64,000 nt of DNA, from contig NOWV01000143.1 in NCBI GenBank assembly GCA_003344405.1, forward strand, positions 124,001 to 188,000. The letters run 5' to 3'. A program made the position numbers and the translations under genes. This DNA comes from Trichoplax sp. H2. Its lineage: Eukaryota. Below are positions 13,316 to 26,785 of the stretch, piece after piece; positions within the stretch are counted from its first letter, which is position 1; each line of letters starts with the position of its first letter. The notes beneath the pieces are model-generated. The model saw only the letters and a program-made list of their open reading frames with translations. It had not been told where the DNA came from and ran no database searches.

Positions 13316-14441
13316 CATTAAGCTTATTCATGGATATACAACTGCTAAGTAGACGTTTTCCAAATATCATTTATACTATGGTATAATCGTATAAACCGAA
13401 GGGGCCTAATGAATCAAGCGTGTTCAATATATATAAAATAATAAATAAATATAATCCACATCAAGAAATGTAAACGTATTGGCTGAAGCACAGTACAATA
13501 CAGTATACAGTACAGTACTTTACGCGTATAGGCAGTAATATAATAATATCATTAATTTATTTATTTATGTATGAATTTGTTCCACTTGGTTCTAATACAA
13601 TACAGTACTGTATATCTGTCAGGAGATATCTATCCATTACGATGCAGGGACTGCTGAAAGGAAGCGATTTCTTCTGGATACTAGTATCTAGAATCGAGAT
13701 GGTAGAAGGGCAGTTTTTTTCTTCCCCAAGCTCATGGGTTGATGTCTGTCTCTCTTATTAAGGAGTCATTAGGAAGAAACTGTTGACACTTATGATCACG
13801 GTAAAGTTAAAGTTTAAGAGTTGTTTCCAAGGCATCGCAAACCTCGACTCAACCTAGAGATGCTTTGGTTGTTTCCCATACTGTGTACAGTACTATAGAA
13901 CCGAGGCGAATGAATCGAATTCAGTAAGTCTGTCCCATCCGATGTCTCTGACTGCTATTACTGTACTGTACAGTGTACAGTCTATGTACTGTACTGCTGA
14001 GGTGAGTATGGGATTCCTGCCATTTCGAAATTGGGGATCTCGAGGAATTTAGCATCGTGTTTAGTGCGGTAGTTTCAGCCAAGTAGCAGTAAGAACTTTT
14101 TACTTATAATAACTGGCGGGAATGTAATGGGATTCGTAAGGACCATGGACTAACTGTAAAACAGTACTACAGTAATTGCAGTTGTTCAGTAGCATGGCCT
14201 ACTTCAACACTGGTGTTAGTCCGGTCACGCTACACTACAGTACAGTATACTGTAGAGTACTGTACTCTACACTGTGTCCAATTGACTGTTGAAAAATGGT
14301 CCACTTGTACGACTGCGCATGTTCTACCTCACATGACTGTACTGTACGTACAGTCATGTGTGGTACTGTGCTCGACGTGCACACAAACCAGTAAGACCTG
14401 TAAGACCTGCGCTACCCTTCAACGCATGAATAAAAACAAAG

Positions 14442-16169
14442 ATGGCTGCATGCAGACTGCAGGTAATCCGATGGAGAAATTTCCATTCAATGCTAGGTGT
14501 ATCTTATCGATATTTAAATAATAGAGGTACAAGCCATCATCCGAGCTTTTGTAGATATCTTCATTTTAGCTCGATCAAGTATGATAACAAAGAAATGGAT
14601 GAGAAAGGAGAGAATAAAGCAACAGCTCCAAGCCTGAATACCACGGCTGGTCGTTTCGGATCCAAAATTCGACCTACCCCATTGCAGTTACCTTTTGAAG
14701 AATTTATCACATTTCGTAAGAAATTAAAAGTCAGAAGTAGGATTGCCGGAGTTCCTTTTGGCCTGTTAGGTTTAACAGCTTCATCAATGGTATCAGCTTA
14801 CATGCTTCCAAACATGTTTGATACACCACCGGATGAGATTCAACCGATACTGTAAGTGCTAGCAAATGCTACGCTTGCAAATTATATTACTGTACAGCAG
14901 TCGATGAAACTCATTTCTTGACTCGTACAATCGTCGTCACACAGATAGATTCCGTATACAGTACATTGAAATTAGTCCACTCTATTATCAATCAATTGCA
15001 TCTTAATAACGGCACACTTCCATTATAAAATACTGCAATGATAGCCTATAAATACTATCGATTAAATAGGTAGCTTACAGTATACTACTATACCAAGCCA
15101 CTCATTGAATCCATGGTATACATTCAACATGATGCAAAACTACTTATAAAGGTTTCTACAGTTCTAGAAATCAATGCTATGCGCAACTGATCAGTTATCT
15201 CATACAATGATTCCATGTCATTCGATATCGCGATAACTCTAGCTTAACCTCGTTTATCATTGGAAGTTACCTTCAATTCTTGGCTTGCTACTTTGAACTA
15301 GACGCGTATTAGCATTCTGTACATTGCAATTCACTGACTGCATACTATAATACTAGAGAATCAATCAATCTTCAAAATCAACGGTAGGATCTATACAGCT
15401 GGCATCGAACATCGTTGCCAACATGCAGCTGCATACATCGTGTGAGAATCAAACTTGCAAGATTTCAATAGATCTACTCTTGTCTACTTCAGTCAATTAA
15501 AATAATAGTTTTATGATATCATCAATCTTTTTACTTGAAGGGCTTCTCTGTACTTGCAATAATTCAAGCTATTTATTCATACGAGCACAGTCAACCACAA
15601 CTATATTAATCATCCATTGTACATTTATACTATAGAGGAATGGATCCAATCATATTTTGCGCTTCAGCTGGTGTTTTAGCTAGCTTGTGCACTTTTGTTG
15701 GAGGGTCTTCGCTGTATCGCTTTTTCTGGAAGATTTCTAATAGAGAATTAGCTAAGAATATAGATGAGGTAAGATTACATTACAGATTACTACCTAATTT
15801 TATATAGGTACCGCTACTGCATACGGTATCTATTCTTGAAAATATATATTTGCAATCTTGTCCGACTGCTTGGGATACTATTATGTTAACAATGCAGCTA
15901 TTTGCAGAAATAATACTGAAAGATTGTAATAACATCAGCATTGATATAGTCAACTATACCTTAAATGTTGTTTCTTCACTAATGTCAAATAGCGTGAGAA
16001 AGATTTCTTGCAAAGAATAGAAGCCAATCGTGTTTCAAGGTCGTATGGTACGAGCAAATATGAAGATGATTATTATGGTGATACTATCGTTACGTTAAGT
16101 GATTATCGACAATGGTTGAGAAAACAACAACAAAAAGCTCAAGATGTTACTAGTTCAGATAAATCGTAA
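14442..16169 (+). CDS. PAM17: Pam17-like mitochondrial presequence translocase-associated motor subunit (3 exons, ~239 aa)
   Basis: Exons 14442-14851, 15636-15768, 15993-16169 (720 nt, GT-AG, in frame). Arg-rich, acid-free N-terminus resembling a presequence, then LPFEEFITFRKK, TM1, PILGMDP, TM2, REKDFLQRIEANRV and DYYGDTIVTLSDYRQWLR. These match the yeast Pam17 motif order as I recall it (LTWSDFFKLRK, FGFDP, KEFLKHIINNRV, PDYYGEKIGSLKEYKQWLR). Confidence 0.85.
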
Positions 16170-19100
16170 TTAAACTTTCTAGGATGTGTTTTCAATAATT
16201 ACTGTTCTTGCAATATTAATATTTTTGAATTATCATATAAGACCGACTCGAATATTATCCATATAAGCTAAGAATGGAATTGCTAAGAAATTGCATCATT
16301 AGCCATAATCATTGCTACTATCTCCACAACTGTAAATCTACTATTTAGTTTATCCTACTTTGATTATTTGCATTTGTGATTTTGCTAAACTTATTTCATT
16401 CCTTAGCAAAGATGTATAATGTCCGTTTTATTGCAGCTTACTCAATATATAAGCATGAATTGGTTAACACTCTTTTAGGTACTGTATTTATGTTTCAGTA
16501 TCCGTGATAATACATTCTTTCTAGATGCAGGAATCAAATGTCAATAAGTCGTTTAAGCTAATCATATTATATTGTAATGTAAAACAAAAGTGGTAGACTA
16601 CTATATTACTCTAACTAAATCCAATTATGTTTAAGTTGTGCTCGCATTGTTTATGTTACTATTGATAGATTTCAGGCATGATACATTGTTTGTCAATTGG
16701 TCTGACCTCACCAACTGAATGAGAATAAATATGGCGCTAGATAATATTTAGAGTCTAGAAAATGCTTGATTCTCGATAGTAGAATTCTCGTTATGTTCAG
16801 TCGCAAAATATTACTGATTTACAATGCAAGTAGTAAACAAGGTGTAGCTCTTATTTCAATATCTTGTGCGTATAATTGTAAACGTCCTCGAGGATATTTC
16901 TTTGTGATTAGTAGTTAGTGTTATTTAAAATGTTTACGATTGACAGCATATAAGTAGTTGTTACAGTACACCTTTCAGCTTACAATTGTTACGATCATAA
17001 GCTGAGTGGTGCCCTATAACTTGACGCGAAAATATCAAAGTTAAGGCGTCCAATCAAGAAAAAGTCTTAAATAAATAAATTAATGTATTAAAACTGCATG
17101 GTTACGATTTAATGTACGAACAGACTTAACAGGGATATGTAGAAATAATGAACTATATATAATACTGCAATCTGAATTCTGTTCTTTAATAGACTATAAA
17201 CAATAACTTTTACTATTTTATAAAGACTTTAGTTTTCACTCTGACAGTAGGTAGAGACTATCTTCGCTAGTCCTCGCAGTAACTTTCAATCCTCAAAGAT
17301 TGTTTATAGTATCGCGAAATTTGTAAATTTTAGCCAAATGAATATGAATCAATAAAATATACATAGAGGATAAAAAGTCACAAAATCGTGCCTTATTCTT
17401 ACAACAATATGCAACAAATCATTTCGATGTCAATACCAAAAAATTAAATACAGAACAGAGCAAACCAAATTCTAGTATCCGGTTAGTATAAATCTCAAAT
17501 TGTTTCCTTGTATGAGTTCAGCTAATTTACTGATAGCATTTAGTTTTTTTTCACCTGGTTACAATTGTATATTAAAATTGCCAATTAATTGACGTGATTT
17601 AATTTCAACGTCAGCTTTGGATCAATGTTGCTATCGTTTACATTCAGTTCTAGGTTTTGACCTCGAGGCAATAACTAGCTTCGATCAGAATATTTCTTTG
17701 GTATCACAGCCGAATCCTTTGTTTGAAATTATTTTTCAGAATGGTGTATCGGTGTTGACAACATCTTTGCTTTTCGTATGGTCTAAGTTACATAAATTTA
17801 CTAAGCTGATTTGATATTTATTGCAGTATACTTGTATTGAATAGATTTATTTATTTACGCCGGTGAACACTCTTGCCAAAACAGCAGAATACGACATACC
17901 TACAAATTTGCTGATAAGACTTAGCAATTACTTTGTATTTACAACACAGGTAATCTTAGCTATCATTATTATTTTCCATAAACCTTCTATAATTGTACGA
18001 CCATATATATCATCGTACCTTGAAATTTAGCAGATAAAGTGTTTAACTTAAGCTTTTAATTGCATTATTAATCGCTTCAGGTAAGCTAACGACTTTCTTT
18101 TCGCTTATTAAACAATTTGTATAACATGAAAATGTCACACTACTTCAGAATTCTTGTGCACTTCAGCTTTTTAAGATTAAGATTTTGTCTAGATTTAGTA
18201 TTTAGATTTTGATTAATAATCCTAGTCGTTTCACTGTTTCAGTAAATCTTTTAAATGCATTACAAAGTTTACTTTAGAATAAATATAGTGCAGCAGCTAT
18301 GTGCGCCCAAGCACTGTAATGTATATTCTATCGCTTTATTCCATCGTAAGATGATTGATCATTTAAAAAATTTTCTAGTGAAATAGAGCTTTTACGATAC
18401 TGAGTTCAGGACTTTAGGCATACTCTTTCATAGTTTAATAGAATATTAAATTCTTTGATTATTTTCAGACCGCTGTTACTAGTGTAAGTCGATCGAATTT
18501 CTAATTAAATATAAAGTATCATGTAGTGAAGTATCATTCTTGATATATTTCTCGTGCTTATGCAACAATTTTCGTACCGTTTGAAAGCTACATAAGGGCG
18601 ATAATCTGATTTCAGACTATTCTGTTATACCTTAATATGATCTTTAAATGTCAATATCCATTCCGATAATTTAATGGCTATTAATATTGATAATCACTTA
18701 TAAGACACCTTCAATGTTGCAAGCAGGCTGATATTTAATGGTTGCAATTTAAAATGCTAATCGTTTAATTAAATATCTATCTGGTACTTCCGTTTATAAT
18801 GCTAACAGATATCTAGACATCACGTGTGTAAAATTAAAAGTTGTCTTCGTTATAATATTCTATCAATTTATGCCTGGAAATTTCATCTTAAGCCATGGCA
18901 AATCAATTTTGATCTGTTATGGACTGATAACTGTATAGTATGCAATACATTACAAAATACTTAGCAATTACTGAAATTCCACTGACTAGTCGTTACTCAC
19001 AATGGTCTGGATTGTCTCTAGGCTTGACAACTAATCATCTGAAATAATCAGTATTTTTCTTTCACGAAAATTCATAGCATGAATAGTATTATATCCGTCT

Positions 19101-19920
19101 TTTATCTGTTCTTGACGAGTACTTTCAATATACCCAAGATTTTACCATCAGTTTCTATTCGAATAGACCTTAAGAATGTTATGTACGGTAGCTATTTTAG
19201 TTGTATAGATTTAGCGGAAAAACTGTACCGTCCAAATATCATTTGTGTACTTGTACTAGAAATCGATCTTCGGTATACCGTATTTCCATATACATGAAGT
19301 TTTATTATTGTAGTTTTCGAAACAGTCAAATATACTTTCTTTAGGGATGAAGTAGGCCTTATAGATTGAATTATCTTAAATATTGCTTAATCACTTCAAA
19401 TTTATCTTGGTAGCGAGAAGATCCAGATATACTTCTATCATAAGCAAAAAATTTACTGCTTGTTCGCTATCAATATCCATTACTTATATTCGTACTTTTA
19501 GTACCGATATGTTAGCATGTGTAAGCATTCAGTCTGCTAATTTTTCGCCTTATTCTATTTGCAATAAAACATGATCAAAAAATTAACTAGAAGTAAATTC
19601 CAGGACATTTACTAAATGCGATATTTAGTGTATCTTAAAAATTAATACTTATGACTTCAAAGTAATTTTTTTCTATGCGTTGAATACTTGAAATTTAGGT
19701 ATTTCACTTATTATAACAGAACAAGGATAATTCAGTATCAATTATTGTCTTGGGAATACTCAGCAACAGCTTTATTTTGACGAATTTACTGTAATTTTGT
19801 TTATTTCCATTCATTCCTCGTAAAGAAATTGGTATCGATCTTTTGGTATTAGCCGTTTCGGTTTTCAATTAAGTGAAAACATTGGATAAATTGAGTATAC
19901 ATATTCGTTATTTATTCATC

Positions 19921-22236
19921 ATGTGGCATGATTACAAAAATAATTCTTTCCAAAATAATCAGACTGTTTCTAAATTTTCGTCTCAACTGCCATTTATTAT
20001 CATTTCATGCACTGCAGTTACTCTTTCACTTATTAGTAACGGAATTTTAATTAGCATTGCTATCGCCTATCGCAAATATTTATCTCCGACTGAAATAATA
20101 ATTGCCAACCTATCCGTTTCCGACGTCATCTTTTTGATATCCACGTAAGTTTATCAAGTCAATATTTGTTACATATCCGAATAGACGAATAATTCATTTA
20201 TATAAATGGATAGTTTGAAAAAATATAGTGCACGAAATAAGATTATATATTACGAACTTATGTTTTAATAGAGATAATTATTGCTAAATTATTTGGTGAA
20301 ATATTTACTGTTATACGTTTATTGGACAGGCACTATATTGATGTTGTTTCTTTTCTTGTAGTAATACGCGTATACTAATAATTTATTATTGATAAATTGA
20401 AAGATGCAAAAACTGTAGTCAAAAATATCATGATAGCCTTTCAACCGACAATTACTTCAGCTAAGTCTCAATCATAACTGCTTAGACGATGGCAGTATAA
20501 AGCCATTAGCAAAGCCCATTTCAGAATGAATTTGATGGAGTATCATAGTATTTGAAAATTTCAATTAATGTACAGTATATGCCTGGAGTATTTTACTGGT
20601 GTATTGTGCGAATAGCTATATTTCAGTAAAGATGAAAAGAGATTTAAAATCTTTATTTAATCGTTTCTAAGACTTTAGTTCTATAGTCTAGACAGCCTGA
20701 GGTATCGTTACGACTTCAAAATAATCACAGTTTGAGCTTAATCTAGGAAATATGGAATAGAAACTAATTTTTGAATAGTTTAATGTATAAATTTAATATG
20801 TGTAACTATTAAAATCGAACGATAGTATTATAGTCACAATTATCATGCCAAAGATTTATAATTGAATGCTTGACTTCATATAAACATGTCAGTTAATATA
20901 CTTTAGCCGTCAATTATATTATTTAGCTAAATAAATGCAGTGAAACATTACGACGACTTTAAAGCTAGGAAAATAAGATCGAAAGCGTTTCATAGTCTGC
21001 AATATGCTATAGAAAATACAAAGATATATGAAGGAAATTATGCAGATGCTGAAATTAATAGACTACAATATCAAACCCAAATTTTTGAATGAGATGATTT
21101 AAATCATTAATAGGAGTTGTTCCCAGCTTTAACTATTAAAATATTATTCCAAAAACTTCATGCAACAGATATAGTTAAAGTAGTGAACTTGAGAGATTTG
21201 TTAAAGGTAATAAACAGAAGTTTAAAATTAGACTGGGAATTTTCAATATCTAGCATATACTCGTATATTACTTAAGTCTGCCTTTAGAATTTATTTGAGT
21301 GTCATAATAACTGCATGAATCATATACACAACCTGATTTTGTTAATAAAGTAATCTTTGTAAAGTCCTCTTAATCTTTGATCTTTAATTTTCTCATAGGG
21401 TAATCAATGCGCTACTAGTGATTTTACCAATTCCTAAACCCATTTTTCCAAACAATTCATTGCTTTGTCGGTTAATTTTTGCGCCTACAATTGTTTGTAC
21501 GTTTGTTAGTTTTACAGCTTTGATCATATTAACTACGACACGATATTATAAGATAACCTACCCGCAAAAAAATCTTCATTGGTTTTCAACAGCGACCGTT
21601 AAAATAGCAATTTCATGCCTATGGTTAGTTGCTACTATTGCGGTAATACCACCAGTGGTTGGTTTTTGGGGAAAATTAGATTATTTTCCAAAGACTGGTG
21701 TATGCTGGCCAACATTTAATCCCTACCAAACGCCGTCATCCTTAAGTTATATCATCTTATTCGGTGGATTTGGCTATCTGATAACGACCATCATTATCAC
21801 CTATTGTTATACCAAGATTTGTATAACCGCATTTAAAAGTGCAAGTAGAGCACACGGACGATGTTATAACACAATTAGTTTATTAATTACTAAAAAACGA
21901 CGGCGTATTCCTACTAGTGTTATATTACGTCAAAAGGAAAGGAAACTATCTATTACCCTATTTATGATTGTCATAACTTATTTTATCTCTTATTCCCCAT
22001 ATGTTATAGTACAGTCGTTTTATTTATTTCGTCGACGTCCATTACCAATTCAAACTATTTTGACATTGTGCATGATTTCATTTATAAATGGTATTACTAA
22101 TCCTATTATATTTATTAGTCGCAGTCAAAAATTTCAGTCCTTCTTATGTCGGCGAACTGATCGTCGAAATACTATTATACCGTCAATAAGTCATATGAAG
22201 TTGCAGTTGATTAGAAGTCGCACTATGACCTGGTAG
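19921..22236 (+). CDS. Class A (rhodopsin-like) GPCR, array member 1 (2 exons, ~353 aa, intact)
   Basis: Exon 1 19921-20144 (N-glycosylation sequons, TM1, PTE..ANLSVSD) with a phase-2 gtaagt donor. Exon 2 21399-22236 after tctcatag: TM3 Cys, TRY, GFWGKLDY..GVC, SYSP, NPIIF. Confidence 0.9.
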
Positions 22237-22631
22237 TTGAATATAATAATTTTATACGGTAAGTGTCACGTTCTGTAATAGTTACATAATTAGTATGTTA
22301 CCTTCTTTCTATATATGGTTAAATATCACGATGTTATCACGTCAGGCGTATATAGATGTAGTTATGGTACTATATTAAGGTTATCTATATATGTATTCTC
22401 ATGTTGCCATACTTGGCATGATAGTCTATTTGTAATGACTAAACTAGGGAAACCTTTCTGTTAGTGATGATCTTGTGATCTACGTCAGTAGATCAAAGGT
22501 CACAATAAAGAAAGTATATATAAACTCTTCATTTTAACAATAAAGTTAATTCTTCAACTTAATTACTGGGTCTCCTTGCTGAGTGCAGATCTAGTACCTG
22601 GTAGTTGAATATAATAATTTTATACGGTAAG
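22228..22631. repeat. 36-bp perfect direct repeat (22228-22263 / 22596-22631) flanking a 332-bp insert
   Basis: acctggtagttgaatataataattttatacggtaag occurs twice. The first copy contains the last codons and stop of GPCR 1. Confidence 0.85.
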
Positions 22632-25600
22632 ATAGCAAGATTAAAAGTAATAAAATTCAATTAAATTAGGTAAACAGAATTTTTAATTAATTCTATGCTG
22701 TAGTATAGATACGTAGCATAATTTATTAAATCTTACAAATGCTTAAGAATAACGTATCGGTAAATCTTTAGCATTCTTCTTGCAGCATTTTAAAAATAAA
22801 TTTTCCCACCTATTCGGCTGTATTCTTAATATGCATATTATTACGCAAGCTAGCAAGTTAATTTGCTACATTTAGTTCGAAAGGCACTTCAATTTCAATA
22901 TTCCTTGTAGTTATAATATTTTCCATATGAGATATCAGGTCTGTTTAATTCAGAATAAGTATACTTTTTGAATTTGACTGATAATTACTATTATTGGTAA
23001 TTGCTTGAAAATTCACGTACCATAAAGTACGGAGCAATAGCCTCTACCCGAGCAAGCTTCCCTCCCCCTCTAGAAAAATCAGCATCGTGAAATGCTATGG
23101 TAACAACTTAAGGTTCAGTATTAATCATTAATCCAATAAATTTAGCACTTTATGGCATTTTACACTAGCAATATTTACCGTTACAGTATTTTACACTACG
23201 CAATATTGGATCACCTTACAACGCTAAAGTCATTAGATGAATAATATAGATTTGAAGATAGGCGTGAAGACGATCACCTTTCTACCTATGTAGCTGATAG
23301 CTTAATTAAATTATTGTCAGGGCGCTAAATAAATACCCAAATTGGAAAGTATGGAGTATCCACTGCCCCTAAAAATTTTTTCTTCGAAGTCCATAAAAGG
23401 AGAAAGTGCTTGATCGGTGCTTTATGGGATAACTATTGATGTGAATCAATAAAAAGTTTGGAAAATGAATTCGAAATTCAAATTCATTTAGAACCGCTAG
23501 ATTTAATCTGTGGTCAATATTTATGCCTCAGAATCAGTTAATACACTGCAGAAGCATGTTTAAAGCCTGAATTTAGCTTTAAATTTTTTTAAATAATTAT
23601 TACTAATGTTTAATTTAAAATTCATCAATAAAAATCAACTGCATGGCAATGAAATTTAAACAAAGTATTCACGGTTTAGTATGTTTTGTATACGATAATA
23701 TTACTACTCATTTTCGCCTTGACATTTAAATTCCAATACTAGGTTTTACCGGAAAGAGAGAAATCAGCTTCTCTAAAATAGTTAGAACTGTAATTATTTC
23801 GCGCTCCTTTTGATTATATCAGCTTTTATTTGACAAGTAAATACAGTAGAAGAAGTTAAAAGGAGATTTTCATATTGTTTCTACAGTAGATGAGAAATAT
23901 TCCTAAACTTATAAGTATCACTCAATAGCTATTTATTTGAACTAGTATGTAGACTAAACCTTAAGGCTATTTATTGATCGTTCCTACGTGCGTTTATGTT
24001 CTGAAATATAATCTTTTTCATAGCTTATAGCGTTAATTGATCCCCTTATAGCTACTTTAAAAGTTTTATTTAATGTGTATAGGCTTTCATTATCAACTTT
24101 TGATGGTGCTCATAAAATTTAAGGAATTATAAAAGCTTTATAAGATCTTTTTGATTTAGCCAGAAAATACTTAAATGCATAAAGGAACAATCCCTTGCTT
24201 AAAGAAGTGGAATAGTGTACTGCGAAAAAGCTTAGCTAAAATATATGTTCTATGTGCAGCATTGTTAAGATTTGTTAGAATAGCCACACAGTTATACAAT
24301 TGAGTTTACGTCCAAACAAAACTTTCTATCTATGCATCTACTTTCATGATATCGTTTGCTATTAATACGGATTGTCCGAAAACGTATAAAAGCATTTAAA
24401 ACTCTTTATTAGGAAATCAATTATATTTAGTGCGGCCTATTTTGGATTGCACAATTTGCCTAAAAGTTTTCATTCAAACTTGAATACTTAGAAATTTAGG
24501 AGTTATTATCGCTTTCATAACTTTGGTAAGATAGATACGAAGAAGAAAGGAGTCCAGGGTTGTAATGATTTATTAACGATTAAAATGAGAGAATAAAGAA
24601 TGCAATAGGCATTATATCAGAAATTTTTTAATAGGATACAGATACTTTTACAATGTACAAAACACATAACCAACACAGTAGAATCGTTCAGCTATAAACA
24701 AAATGGATAAGCATACTTTTTTTACAACAAGTTAAAAAACGTAGAGATAGAAAAGAAAAATAGCTGAAATATTTTGACATTCTTCATTATATTTCTTCTC
24801 TAAGGCAGCGTTTGTAATAACTTCAGTGCTATATATATCCTTTTCATTCACTCTAATTTTTAAATCTTTTATTTTCATATATCTTATAAGAAAATAACCT
24901 ATCCGCTAAAAATAGAAAAACGTAAGAACATGCCTGTTGGCAGTTCCGAAATGCCCAATAGGTTAATGACCATGTCACTTAGTTTCATGGTATTATTTGC
25001 ATGCTATACTTGGTTAATATTATTCCGATTTCTTATCACGTTACGCAATCTTTGATTTATGAGCATATTATTATTGAGGGCCAGCGAGATCAGTTTATAT
25101 TTTAATGAGACTAGTGTATATTTATAATTTTATTATCTCTCTTTTAGCTCTCCAATATTTATATATATAATAACTTGATATTAAAAGTCTGAAAACTAGG
25201 TCAAATTTAGTCTATTGCTAGTAATTTATTTCCATTGAGGTTCTTTAATATCTCGCAAATATTCGAACTAGGTCTCGATCACTTACACAATAAATTGCCT
25301 AATTTTTAATATAAATAGTTGATAGAGGGTAGTAGTGCAACATGATGCAAGCTAAGATTTTACTATTTATTCTACAAAAGGACGTAAAAGTGGTACAAGG
25401 TTCCATTATGTAATTGTTATTTGAAATATCAGTTATTCTAATAAATGGCCGAGAAAACTCCAAACTTTATCTTATGGCTAGCAACTAATTATTTATTTCG
25501 AAACGCTATTCACGGAACAGCAATGCATTTGAGATATAGAAATTGCATAGTCTCCACTATTTGACGACAAATCGTTGCAATATTCTGAATACTACAAATA

Positions 25601-26536
25601 AGGCTAATACAGTTTTCATCGTAATTATCTGGTTACTAATCTTATACTGAATTTAGCAAAACATTGCTTAATTATGTGCAGGCTACTCGTATATTTTAAT
25701 TTACATTGTTTTCGTGATTAGCTGAAATCCATGAATAATTTCCTACTAACAGGATCAATTTGAATAGTTAGCATCCATTACATAATACAGATAGCTTATA
25801 AATAGAACACGGTAATTAATATGAAATTCTGCTTTCTATTGCAAATTTTTCCGTATAGAATAATCTGCTATTGAAATAGGAATACATGTAATTATTCATT
25901 ATTACATAGGTAATAGTTGTATTATCATCGCTTTATAATACAACTTGGGCCTTTAATTCAGTTTCACTTGGGTAACAAACTTCACGAATATGTGTATTGC
26001 CATCAATTTCATTCTAAATCTTACCCTCGTTAAATTTAAATATTCTATCAAATTTTATTATATGTAAACTTAATTCAAAGTGATCTTAATTCTAATCTAG
26101 TGCAAGGAAAACTAGTTATGACTTTGATCTGAGGATATAAACTCTAATTCTGATACTGGAAAAAGTTTAAACTTAAATACTTTCAGTTCTATCTATCTAT
26201 ATCTATTTCAAGAAGAAATTTATTAAGTTTTCCTAAAAAAATTGTAACTCTTTATAGCTGAATGCGTGTCAATATTAATAAAAGTAGCTCAGTAATGGAT
26301 TTATCTCGTACGAACAAGATAATATTTTTAGTAATATGGGCTTTCTCCTTCTTGCTATCATTAACTGGAACTATTATCATTCTTATATTGCTATATCATC
26401 GATACAAAAATAAACTATCACCAACAGAAGTTTTTGCATATCAAATTTGGTATTTGCCGATTTTATATTTGTTGGAAGTGGGTAAGTTAACTCCTTCAAG
26501 TTATTCATTTTAAAGTATTTCTGAACCACTTAGTGG

Positions 26537-26785
26537 TTTCAAATAAGGATGAAGTCTTAGCTAAAATTAATAACTTACTGCTACAAAACAGTTATGACTA
26601 TTTTTAAATTAATAATTGACAATACTATTCAGGTTTCAGATTTTCGTTATGTAGTTTTAATTACTCAGAGGCTTCAAATAAGGATAAAGTCTTAGCAAAA
26701 GCTGATAAATTGTTCCTAAATAACAATTGCGACCGTTCTTAATGTAATAAACGAGAGCACTATTCCAGTTTCAGATTTTCGTTAA
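26537..26785. repeat. Diverged two-copy direct repeat, ~135-bp period, in the GPCR 2 intron
   Basis: ttcaaataaggat.aagtcttagc.aaa ... actattc..gtttcagattttcgtta present twice. Confidence 0.75.

Noticed and set aside
14213-14521. 102-aa Cys/Thr-rich ORF
   Set aside because: A by-product of the tacagt/actgta motif cluster. It overlaps the Pam17-like exon 1 in another frame.
16200-19870. Short ORFs 17617-17814, 19079-19297, 19383-19574
   Set aside because: No motifs or coherent splice chain; length expected by chance in AT-rich DNA.
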